From: Actinomycetota bacterium
GTDB lineage: Bacteria > Actinomycetota > Actinomycetes > S36-B12
DNA: 64,000 nucleotides
Direction of reading: 5' to 3'
Assembly (NCBI GenBank): GCA_947449035.1
Contig: CANFQC010000004.1
Span: 20,067 to 84,066, forward strand
In this document: one piece after another, positions 45,914-53,990 of the stretch
Layout: every line of letters starts with the position of its first letter
Position numbering within the stretch: the first letter of the stretch is position 1
The notes under the pieces: model-generated
Database searches by the model: none
Told to the model about the DNA's origin: nothing
The model's input: only the letters and a program-made list of their open reading frames with translations
Made by a program: the position numbers and the translations under genes

Positions 45914-46598
45914 CGTCGTGCTCGCTTTCATGTGAACTGCCCGAATGCTCGGAGTCATGTGATTCGTTCTCGTGTTCGCCCTTGCTGGGCTTCGTGCTCG
46001 TGCTCGTGTTTGCTGCAGGTGCCGGCACGGAGACGACAATCGGTGTCGGCTCCTTCAGCACCTTCCAGTCGAAGACGTCATTGCCCGTTGCACCGGTGAA
46101 GACATAGCCGATGAGACGTGAGCCGTCGGCCTTATCGACCGTGACCGCCCAGGAGTCGTAACCGCCGTGCTGGCCCCGCGAGACATCGGTGACCTGCGCC
46201 TTGCCGTCGACCTGACCGATGACGATCTCGGCGGCCTTATCGGCGCTCATGCTGCGTGCCTGCTGTGACATCGGAGTGGCAGAGGTTTGCACCTTCGGCT
46301 TCGCTGCCGATGTGCCCGACTTTGATGAGGGCGTAGCGCTTGGATCAGCCGGCGCTGACTCGACGACATCGACGATGACCGGCTGGCCGGGTTCGGGCTG
46401 AACGATTTCGGGTAGGGGCGCCATCTCGATGGGCGCGAGGCTGCCGGAAACGGCGGGCTGATCAGCGACCACGGAGACGTTCTGGATCGTGGGAGCAGAG
46501 GAGGCAGCGGTATTGACTGCGGCCATGGCGGCCACCGACCCGGCTACCAACACGGCAGCAGCTGCTGCGGTGCCGATGAGGGCGTTTGTGCGCTTCAT
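45906..46598 (-). CDS. Secreted/anchored PepSY-like domain protein with an acidic His-rich C-terminal tail
   Basis: Signal/anchor (ALIGTAAAAAVLVAGSVAAMAA). PepSY-like core (SADKAAEIVIGQVDGKAQVTDVSR...WAVTVDKADGSRLIGYVFTGATGNDVFDW). Tail GEHENESHDSEHSGSSHESEHDDD. Confidence 0.6.
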   Translation of the reverse strand: MKRTNALIGTAAAAAVLVAGSVAAMAAVNTAASSAPTIQNVSVVADQPAVSGSLAPIEMAPLPEIVQPEPGQPVIVDVVESAPADPSATPSSKSGTSAAKPKVQTSATPMSQQARSMSADKAAEIVIGQVDGKAQVTDVSRGQHGGYDSWAVTVDKADGSRLIGYVFTGATGNDVFDWKVLKEPTPIVVSVPAPAANTSTSTKPSKGEHENESHDSEHSGSSHESEHDDD

Positions 46599-46777
46599 GG
46601 TTCCTCCTCCTCGCCGAGGTATTCCTCGACATGTCCTGAAGGTATGCGGGAGGTAGCCAAGGAGGAATCAAGGAAAGGTAAGGCCCGGGTTAAATGGCTG
46701 CGCCTCCTGAAACTCTCTACGAGGCGACTTCGAGGTGGACGGGCGAAGGTCTCGTGTGGACATGCCACGATGGCCAC

Positions 46778-47431
46778 GTGAAGGTTCTTGTCGTCGAGGA
46801 CGACCCCGCGATCTCCGGCCCCCTGGTTGAGGGCCTCGTGCGCAACGGCTTCGAAGTCGATCACGTGGCCTACGCGAGTCAGGTCGTGGCCGCGGCGGCC
46901 GATGCCGACGTCGTGATCTTGGATCTCGGCCTCCCGGATGGCGACGGTCTTGAGGTCCTGCGCGAACTTCGTCGCACATCTGACGTTCCCGTCATCATCG
47001 CCACTGCTCGCGGTGAAGAAACTGACCGCATCGTTGGCCTCGAACTCGGTTCCGATGACTATGTCGTGAAGCCGTTCAGCGTGCGGGAGCTCGCCGCCCG
47101 CGTCCGCGCAATCGCTCGTCGTCGTCGAAATGAGCCGACTGTCGGTAGCGGACGCGTGTTCGTCGATCGGACTCGTCACGTCGTGACTGTTGATGGTGCT
47201 GAAGTAGAGCTCACAGCGAAGGAATTCGACTTGCTTGCCGTTCTCGCGGAGGAGCCGGGTCGTGCGGTATCACGACAAGAACTTTTTTCGCGCGTGTGGG
47301 ATCCAGTGTGGATCGGCACCGGCAAGACCCTTGACGTTCATATCGCCACGTTGCGCAAGAAGCTCGGCGATCCATCACTGGTCGAGACCGTGCGCGGCGT
47401 GGGTTACCGACTCGGCGAGGGCGCTGCGTGA
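46778..47431 (+). CDS. OmpR-family response regulator
   Basis: GTG 46778 gives VKVLVVEDDPAI. Receiver Asp (VVILDLGLPDGDG). Winged-helix C-terminus (TLDVHIATLRKKL...VRGVGYRL). Confidence 0.88.
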   Translation: MKVLVVEDDPAISGPLVEGLVRNGFEVDHVAYASQVVAAAADADVVILDLGLPDGDGLEVLRELRRTSDVPVIIATARGEETDRIVGLELGSDDYVVKPFSVRELAARVRAIARRRRNEPTVGSGRVFVDRTRHVVTVDGAEVELTAKEFDLLAVLAEEPGRAVSRQELFSRVWDPVWIGTGKTLDVHIATLRKKLGDPSLVETVRGVGYRLGEGAA

Positions 47432-48774
47432 CCAAGCGGCTCGTGATCGCGATGACTGCGCTTGTCGCACTCGTCGCAATTGCTCTTGCCGTTCCACTTG
47501 CTCTAATCGTCGCGAATGATCAGCGCGAGCATTTCATCTCCCGGCTCGAAGTCGCGACACTGAGTGCTGCCTCGGTGCTCTCTTCACAGCCGCGTGAACT
47601 CTGGTCCAAGGAGGCGACGAGAATTCACGGCGCCACGGGAGCTCGAGTGATCGTTGTCGACACGGGCGCGCAGCTCATTGCCGACAGCAATAACTCCGCG
47701 CTCGATCGTGCCTTCGACCGTCCGGAGATCACGAAGGCACTCGAGGGTTTCCTCACGACTGACGTTCGAACCTCCACGACTCTAGGCACCGAATTGCGAT
47801 ACGTAGTGGCGCCAATCGTGCAGAACCAGCAGATCAACGGGGCAGTGCGCCTATCCATTCCGGAGAACGAAGTCACCAATGTCGTGCGCTCGACCCAGAA
47901 GTGGTTGCTGCTGTTCGTGATCGCCGTGATGGCGGTCGCCGCTGTCGTCGCCTGGCTATTGGCTCGTTCAATTGCATCGCCTCTACGCCGCCTGGCAGAC
48001 GTCGCCCACGCACTTCCTGACGATCTAGCTCTGCGTGCTTCGGAGACTGATGGACCGGCCGAGGTGCGTTCGGTGGCGTCAGCGCTCAACACCACTGCCG
48101 ACAAGCTCGACGGAATTCTCGCGCGCACGCAGCGCGTGGCCGCTGATGCCTCTCATCACCTCCGCACGCCGCTCTTCGGAGTTCGTCTACGACTCGAGGC
48201 CATCGAGGACATTACGACGGATGACGCCGTACGAACCGAGGCGATGGCGGCCACGGCCGAAGTAGATCGACTTACTCACCGCATTGATCAGGTGCTCTCG
48301 CTAGCTCGCTCGGATTCAGGCAGCACTTCGGTGCAGCGTCTCAATGCGTCACACAAGGTCGCAGGCCGCATTGCCGAGGCAGAACTCATCGCCAATGAGA
48401 ATGAGATCGAGCTGACTGGTGACATCACACCGGATCTGTGGATCATCTCGAGCGAAGGCACCGTCGCGAAGATCACCGATGAGCTGCTCAGCAATGCAAT
48501 GTCATACGCCCGCAGTCGCATTCACGTAACGCTGCGGAGGGAAGGCCGCGACGTCGTGCTTGTCGTGGGTGACGATGGTCCGGGCCTACCGGCTGATGAA
48601 CGTGAAGCCGTCTTCCAGCGATTCACGCGTGGCAGCTCAGCCGTTCCCGGTGGTTCAGGTCTGGGGCTCGCACTCGTGCAGGAATCTGCACGCGCCGCAG
48701 GTGGTGATGCGAGTGCCGGGCAATCGCAGTTCGGCGGACTCGCAGTGCGCGTCAGCTTCCCCAGCGCTGACTAG
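47428..48774 (+). CDS. Sensor histidine kinase (2 TM, HAMP, HisKA, HATPase_c)
   Basis: H-box (ADASHHLRTPLFGV), N-box (ELLSNAMSYA) and G-boxes (GDDGPGL, GGSGLGLALV). The start overlaps the RR stop (GTGA). Confidence 0.88.
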   Translation: MTKRLVIAMTALVALVAIALAVPLALIVANDQREHFISRLEVATLSAASVLSSQPRELWSKEATRIHGATGARVIVVDTGAQLIADSNNSALDRAFDRPEITKALEGFLTTDVRTSTTLGTELRYVVAPIVQNQQINGAVRLSIPENEVTNVVRSTQKWLLLFVIAVMAVAAVVAWLLARSIASPLRRLADVAHALPDDLALRASETDGPAEVRSVASALNTTADKLDGILARTQRVAADASHHLRTPLFGVRLRLEAIEDITTDDAVRTEAMAATAEVDRLTHRIDQVLSLARSDSGSTSVQRLNASHKVAGRIAEAELIANENEIELTGDITPDLWIISSEGTVAKITDELLSNAMSYARSRIHVTLRREGRDVVLVVGDDGPGLPADEREAVFQRFTRGSSAVPGGSGLGLALVQESARAAGGDASAGQSQFGGLAVRVSFPSAD

Positions 48775-48814
48775 GCGGCTGGAACGTGCTTTGCGTGCTG
48801 CGTAACCTCGTCAC

Positions 48815-49402
48815 TTACGCCGCAGGAACAATGCGCCCAATGCCGCTGAACGCGCGACCCCACCACGAACCGTGGATCGGGCTGATGCGCACGCCCTTGC
48901 CGTAACCGGCAGCATCGACCATCTTGCCGCCGCCGATGTAGAGGCCGACGTGGTGTGCGCCGTGGCGGAAGAAGAACACGAGGTCACCCGGCTGGGCATC
49001 CTTCACGCGAATCTTCTTCACGATGCGGAACTGCGAATGCGACTGATGCGGCAGCTCCTTGCCCATCGCGGTCTTGTAGACGTAGCGGGTCAGGCCAGAG
49101 CAGTCGAAGGCGTTAGGGCCGGCCGAGCCAGCCGAATAGCGATCGCCGACCTGAGCCTTGGCAACCTTGACCAGCTTCATACGCAGGTTCTTGATCTGCG
49201 CCTTGCGGGTCTGGGCCGTGGTGGGCTTGGCTGCCGGCACGGTGCCGAGGCGGGCGATCATGACGGTGGAGTGCACCTGGGTTGGGGTTGCTGCCTCGGC
49301 ACGCGAGGTGCTTGACGGCAGCATGATCGTGATGATCAGGGCGACAAGCGCCACTGCAATAAGCGTCCATTGGAAGGACGTGGAGCGCAAAACCGTACGC
49401 AC
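48815..49402 (-). CDS. NlpC/P60 (C40) peptidoglycan endopeptidase
   Basis: Signal/anchor at the N-terminus. Catalytic FDCSGLTRYVY (Cys) and HHVGLYIGGGKMVDA (His). Confidence 0.88.
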   Translation of the reverse strand: MRTVLRSTSFQWTLIAVALVALIITIMLPSSTSRAEAATPTQVHSTVMIARLGTVPAAKPTTAQTRKAQIKNLRMKLVKVAKAQVGDRYSAGSAGPNAFDCSGLTRYVYKTAMGKELPHQSHSQFRIVKKIRVKDAQPGDLVFFFRHGAHHVGLYIGGGKMVDAAGYGKGVRISPIHGSWWGRAFSGIGRIVPAA

Positions 49403-49420
49403 GCGGTTCCCTTCGAGATC

Positions 49421-49605
49421 CGCTTCCCAGGTGAGCTGACGGACTCGGGCCTAGAAGGTTGCCCTACGACGACATCCCCATTGCTGGGTTCTGCCGCCGA
49501 TTCGCCCCATGGGCCGGCTTTGTGCTCCGGCCCGGATGGTTCCCCGGTACACCGTCTCAACCGCGACTTTCGGAAAAGCCTTGGCAGATCAAGTGATTCA
49601 GCGTG
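49421..49605 (-). promoter_or_regulatory. c-di-AMP riboswitch (ydaO/yuaA class) in the 5' leader of the NlpC/P60 gene
   Basis: The minus-strand RNA contains, in order, CGCUGAAUC, ACCGGGGAACCA, GGGGCGAAUC, GUAGGGCAACC and GCCCGAGUCCGUCAGCUCACCUGGGAAGCG. As I recall the ydaO motif, these match its conserved blocks (CGCUnAAUC, GGGGAnCCA, GGGGUGAAUC, GUAGGGC, CCCGAAUCCGnCAGCUnACCU...AAGCG). The element ends 19 nt before the GTG start, next to the GAAGGGA RBS. Confidence 0.8.
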
Positions 49606-49804
49606 CTGACGGTGGTCCGCGAATGCGGTCCTGTGGCCGACAACAGAGTTGACGCTACGTAAGTCCTCCGTAGCCCGCGAGCTAACCATCCGCATAACGG
49701 ACGCCTTGTGGGGGGCTGTGTGGGATGGGCCACATAGTCACTTACGCCCCAGTAACAACATTAAGGGACGAATCGGACATCAATTTAGGCCGCCAATTGC
49801 TCGG

Positions 49805-50845
49805 TCAGTTCATGCGCAGCCCGCCAGCAAGCCTGCCGAGATTGGCCTGCCAGTTGGCATCACGCTCGACCAGCGCTCGCGCTCGGTCGACGATCTCCTG
49901 CGGATAGCGCGCGGTGACCTCGATCAGGCAGGCGGCGAGTGAATCGACGTCACCCACGGGGAATAAGAAGCCGGTCTCTCCTGGAATAACCCAGCCTCGA
50001 TTGCCCGGCGTATCGCTGGCGATGACGGGAGTGCCGCAGGCCATGGCCTGCAGGAGGGTGACGGAGGTGCCATCGACCTCTGACGCAGTGACATAGCAAC
50101 TGGCTCGGCCGAGCAACGGCACGAGATCGCTCTCGGGCACCGTGCCAATGAAGCGCGTGCGCTGCTCGATATTGAGTTCGCGCACCAGCGACTTGAGCTC
50201 CGCGGTCAGTGAGCCTTGATGCCCGATGATCAGATGAGGATCCGGGAAATCCTCATGAACGTCATGACGGCGAGGCACCTCGGCGAAGGCCCGAATGACG
50301 TCGGCAACCCGATAGATGGGTTCGTGGGCGCGAAGGCTGAGCACCAGCGGTGCATGCGGGGGCACCCCTATCTCGAAGGCATCAATCCACGGGGCATGAA
50401 AAGGGAAGGCCGCGAGATCGACGCCCCAGGGCATGAAGGTGATCCGCCCAGCCTCGACTCCCGCGGCCAAGGCGATGGAGCGATTGGCCTCACTGTCGAC
50501 GATGAGCCCGTGCAATTGAGTCAGCCAGGAAAGGTCGGCGCCATCGCGATCGAGATCGCTGAGGTCGTAACCCCAGGAGAGACCGACGACGGTGATCGGG
50601 AGATCAGCCAGTGCAACCGTGACCGAGTGCAGCGGGCCGGCAAGCACCGGCAGATTCAGCCCACCGACGGTGGCAGCAGCAAGCACGGCCTCGCGTAGCT
50701 CGAGAGCATCGGCCGCATCGCGACCGAGTGAGACCACGAATGGGCGAAAACCGATCTCGAGCAGGGCTGCGACCCAACGCTCATCGTGGATGCCCCAGCC
50801 CGCGGTCGCGTAAACGCAGTCGTGGCCGGCCGCCTCGATCGGCAT
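49805..50845 (-). CDS. GT4 (GT-B, retaining) glycosyltransferase
   Basis: C-terminal EX7E-type region: VTASEVDGTSVTLLQAMACGTPVIASDTPGNRGWVIPGETGFLF. Confidence 0.8.
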   Translation of the reverse strand: MPIEAAGHDCVYATAGWGIHDERWVAALLEIGFRPFVVSLGRDAADALELREAVLAAATVGGLNLPVLAGPLHSVTVALADLPITVVGLSWGYDLSDLDRDGADLSWLTQLHGLIVDSEANRSIALAAGVEAGRITFMPWGVDLAAFPFHAPWIDAFEIGVPPHAPLVLSLRAHEPIYRVADVIRAFAEVPRRHDVHEDFPDPHLIIGHQGSLTAELKSLVRELNIEQRTRFIGTVPESDLVPLLGRASCYVTASEVDGTSVTLLQAMACGTPVIASDTPGNRGWVIPGETGFLFPVGDVDSLAACLIEVTARYPQEIVDRARALVERDANWQANLGRLAGGLRMN

Positions 50846-51075
50846 GTCTGGATCCCCTTAAATCTCGTAGAGGTGCGGGCCGCCAAGGCCCACATCCTCT
50901 CTATGGCGATCGTAGGGCGGCGCGACGCAGTGGAATGCCTAAGGCCCTGATACTCCTCATGAATTTCCACCCCGAGCGGGTACTTGCTCAGGTAGCGTCA
51001 CTCGCCCGAGGCGAGATTCCCTCGGACATGCAGCGTGGATCACGGCGGCATGAACGGACCCGAAAGGGGATGGCG

Positions 51076-52455
51076 ATGGACGACGCAGTACGCCAGCACA
51101 AGTACCTGCTGACCGAGGATCAGATGCCCACGCAGTGGTACAACATCGTTCCCGATCTGCCGGCTCCGCCGCCGCCGCCCCTGCACCCCGGTCGTATGGA
51201 TCCGGTCGGCCCCGATGACCTGCTGCCGCTGTTCCCGATCGACTTGATCATGCAAGAGGTCTCGCAGGATCGCTACATCGATATCCCCGGTGGCGTTCTC
51301 GACGTGTACCGCCAGTGGCGTCCGTCCCCCCTCTTCCGTGCGCACCGTCTCGAGAAGTTGCTCGGTACCCCTGCACGTATCTATTACAAGTACGAGGGTG
51401 TCTCGCCCGCCGGTTCACATAAGACCAACACGTCGGTGCCGCAGGCGTACTACAACAAGAAGGACGGCACCAAGAAGCTGACCACCGAGACCGGTGCAGG
51501 TCAGTGGGGTACCGCCCTTTCGTTCGCGTGTGCTCTCTACGACCTTGAGTGTGAGGTGTGGCAGGTCGGCGCATCCTTCGATGCGAAGCCTTACCGCCGC
51601 CTGATGATCGAGGCCTTCGGTGGCACCGTGCACCGTTCGCCGTCCGATCTCACTGCAATCGGACGCGAGCTCGCCAAGGATCCGAAGAACTGGAGCGGCT
51701 CACTCGGTATCGCAATCTCCGAGGCTGTCGAGGTTGCTGCCACCAACGAGAACGTGCGCTACGCACTCGGCTCGGTGCTCAACCACGTGCTGCTGCACCA
51801 GACGATCATCGGCGAGGAAGCACTGCTCCAGCTTGAGATGGCCGGCGATACGCCGACTCACATCGTCGGCTGCACCGGCGGTGGCTCGAACTTCGGCGGA
51901 CTCTCCTTCCCGTTCATGCGCGAGAAGATGGCCGGCAAGATCAACCCGCGCATCATCGCGGCCGAGCCGGCTTCTTGCCCGTCACTCACCCGTGGCGAGT
52001 ACCGCTACGACTTCGGCGACACCGCAGGCATGACCCCGCTCATGAAGATGCACACCCTCGGCCACGACTTCATCCCTGACCCGATTCACGCCGGTGGCCT
52101 GCGCTACCACGGCATGGCGCCGCTCATCTCGCACATCTACGAGCTCGGAATGATGGAAGCAGTCGCCGTTCCGCAGACCGAGTGCTTCGCGGCTGCCGTG
52201 CAGTTCGCGCGCACTGAGGGCATCGTCCCGGCACCGGAGCCGACTCACGCACTGGCACTTGCCGTGCGCGAGGCACTCAAGGCGAAGGAGACCGGCGAGG
52301 AGACAGTCATCCTCACCGCGCTCTGCGGCCACGGTCACTTCGACCTCGCGGCCTACGACGCCTACCTCAGCGGCTCCATGGTCGATGAAGAGGTAACCGA
52401 CGCGCGCTTCGCCGAGGCGCTGTCGACGATCCCGGAGGTGAACTTCGCGGGGTAG
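51076..52455 (+). CDS. TrpB2-type (TrpB-like) PLP-dependent enzyme
   Basis: PTQWYNIVPDLP N-terminal signature of TrpB2, the PLP lysine region (YEGVSPAGSHKTNT), and GGGSNFGG. Starts at ATG 51076 (or 51070). The 575-aa longest ORF would overlap the divergent GT4 gene. Confidence 0.8.
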   Translation: MDDAVRQHKYLLTEDQMPTQWYNIVPDLPAPPPPPLHPGRMDPVGPDDLLPLFPIDLIMQEVSQDRYIDIPGGVLDVYRQWRPSPLFRAHRLEKLLGTPARIYYKYEGVSPAGSHKTNTSVPQAYYNKKDGTKKLTTETGAGQWGTALSFACALYDLECEVWQVGASFDAKPYRRLMIEAFGGTVHRSPSDLTAIGRELAKDPKNWSGSLGIAISEAVEVAATNENVRYALGSVLNHVLLHQTIIGEEALLQLEMAGDTPTHIVGCTGGGSNFGGLSFPFMREKMAGKINPRIIAAEPASCPSLTRGEYRYDFGDTAGMTPLMKMHTLGHDFIPDPIHAGGLRYHGMAPLISHIYELGMMEAVAVPQTECFAAAVQFARTEGIVPAPEPTHALALAVREALKAKETGEETVILTALCGHGHFDLAAYDAYLSGSMVDEEVTDARFAEALSTIPEVNFAG

Positions 52456-52465
52456 TCCTGCACGT

Positions 52466-52505
52466 GAGTGAGCCCCCGCTGTCTTCGATCAGCGGGGGCT
52501 CACTC
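52466..52505 (+). terminator. Hairpin terminator after the TrpB2 gene
   Basis: GAGTGAGCCCCCGCTG-TCTTCGAT-CAGCGGGGGCTCACTC (16-bp stem), 10 nt after the stop. It is followed by GTTTCC and a second small hairpin at 52506-52525. Confidence 0.7.
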
Positions 52506-52628
52506 GTTTCCATGGAGGAGGAAACGTTCGCCGTGCCCGATCCGGTGCTCGGGAAGGGAACCGGATTGGATCACGACCGTTTAAGACTGGCACGGTCCGC
52601 CTGATGGGATGCTGAGTCCTACTAGGTT

Positions 52629-53357
52629 GTGCGCATGTTCGACGCAGCGCTCGCATCCGCCGTTCATCGCGCGGAGGATCACCACGGCCACATTCGCCAG
52701 ATCGAGATCGTCACCGATCTGTTCGAGGGCCACTACGAAGCAGTGACCACGGTTGACGAGGCTTTCACGGGCGCGCTGCTCGGTCTCGGTGTTGCCGAAG
52801 CTGTTGACGGCGAGATCGTCGCATTCGATGACGAGGTGTGGTGCATCCCTGAAGATGGGATTCCGGTCCGCGCATCGGGTTCACTTGGCATGCCGTTCGC
52901 GGTTGTTGCCGAAGGCGGCGAAGAGATCATCGAGGAGTTACCGGCCGGTCTGACTTTCGAGGGCATCACGGAGCACGTTGATCACGTGCTGTCACTTCTC
53001 GACAAGCATCACGATCATCTCGTTGCCGCCGTGCGTATCGACGGGGTTTTCAGCGATGTGCTGCTGCGAAGCGAGCCTGGCCAAACGCCGCCCTACAAGC
53101 CGTTGACCGATGTGCTCGAGCATGAAGTGCAGTTCGAGTTCACAGCGTGGACGGGAACGCTCGTCGGCTTCCGCTTCCCCGACGTCAACGACGGTCTGGT
53201 TGTCCCTGGCCTGCACCTGCATGCGCTCTCCCTGGATCGACTCTCGGGAGGCCACTGCCATCGTGCGACCGTGGCGAATGCGGTTCTGCACATCTGGGTC
53301 GACGATGTCGAGATCTCGATTCCGCACCCGCACCTGGGCACTGCGCTCAGCAGCTGA
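52629..53357 (+). CDS. Alpha-acetolactate decarboxylase family protein
   Basis: Colinear with my recollection of AlsD. LGLGVAEAVDGEIVAFDDEVWCI compares with FGIGTFNKLDGELIGFDGEFY. AVRIDGVFSDV compares with AIRIDGLFKKV. GTLVGFRFP...PGLHLHALSLDRLSGGHC compares with GTIVGF...SGYHLHFIDEGRNSGGHV. Confidence 0.7.
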   Translation: MRMFDAALASAVHRAEDHHGHIRQIEIVTDLFEGHYEAVTTVDEAFTGALLGLGVAEAVDGEIVAFDDEVWCIPEDGIPVRASGSLGMPFAVVAEGGEEIIEELPAGLTFEGITEHVDHVLSLLDKHHDHLVAAVRIDGVFSDVLLRSEPGQTPPYKPLTDVLEHEVQFEFTAWTGTLVGFRFPDVNDGLVVPGLHLHALSLDRLSGGHCHRATVANAVLHIWVDDVEISIPHPHLGTALSS

Positions 53358-53391
53358 AGCAGGGTCTGGCCCGTGGCTCTAGGCTTCATGC

Positions 53392-53967
53392 ATGATCCTG
53401 CACGGTGACATTCAGCCTGACCTCCCGCTACTGGTCGTGGCTCTTGAAGAAGAAGCCGTGCACATCCATATGCACAAGCTTCCGATCCTCGTCACAGGTG
53501 TCGGAAAGGTGAATGCGGCGATCGCCGTCTCGTCAATTCTGGGCAAGCACCGTCCGTCGAGGCTCGTCAATGTCGGCACGGCAGGGGCATTGCGCGAAGG
53601 AGTCACGGGTACTCATGTGATCAGCACCGTTATCCAGCATGACCTGAACGATGCGGCAATCTTCGACCTTGTCGGCATCCATTTCGGCGAGGACATCAGC
53701 CTCGACTCAGGCGAGGGAATTGTGCTGGCAACCGGCGACCGCTTCATCTCCAAGCCCGAGGTGCGCGAGCGACTTGCAGAGCAGGCCCACCTAGTCGATA
53801 TGGAGGGATACGCGGTCGCGCGGGCTGCGCGGGCCGCAGGTATTCCGGTCTCTTTGGTGAAGCAGGTCAGCGATGAGGCAGGGGAGCAGGCCGCCAAATC
53901 CTGGACTGAGACTCTCGATGAGTGCTCAGCCGCGCTCGGCGCGTGGGTTCACGCGCATCTGCTCTAG
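53392..53967 (+). CDS. PNP_UDP_1-family nucleosidase (MTA/SAH nucleosidase or futalosine hydrolase-like)
   Basis: VTGVGKVNAA, NVGTAGAL and DMEGYAVARAA motifs. At 191 aa it is short for the family. Confidence 0.6.
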   Translation: MILHGDIQPDLPLLVVALEEEAVHIHMHKLPILVTGVGKVNAAIAVSSILGKHRPSRLVNVGTAGALREGVTGTHVISTVIQHDLNDAAIFDLVGIHFGEDISLDSGEGIVLATGDRFISKPEVRERLAEQAHLVDMEGYAVARAARAAGIPVSLVKQVSDEAGEQAAKSWTETLDECSAALGAWVHAHLL

Positions 53968-53990
53968 TCGCCAGCCATTAAGGTCTTTCC

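Noticed and set aside
46086-46097. A TGAT tetrapeptide (YVFTGATGND) in the PepSY-like protein, considered as a possible ApbE flavinylation site ([ST]GA[ST])
   Set aside because: It falls in the terminal strand of the PepSY-like consensus (..a.tG.v..), so the match is better explained by that fold. The usual D/S/N residue three positions upstream is a Tyr. I keep it only as something to test by flavin fluorescence. A similar GTGATS near the ApbE N-terminus is equally unconvincing.
50846-51075. Riboswitch or Trp attenuator upstream of the TrpB2 gene
   Set aside because: Alternative hairpins exist, but I recognise no riboswitch core, no leader peptide with tandem Trp codons, and no terminator with a U-tract. 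It remains unresolved rather than supported, and an Rfam scan would settle it.
50728-51075. N-terminal extension of about 115 aa on the TrpB2 ORF
   Set aside because: It overlaps the divergent GT4 gene start and is Arg-rich. The TrpB2 family starts shortly before the QWYNI motif.
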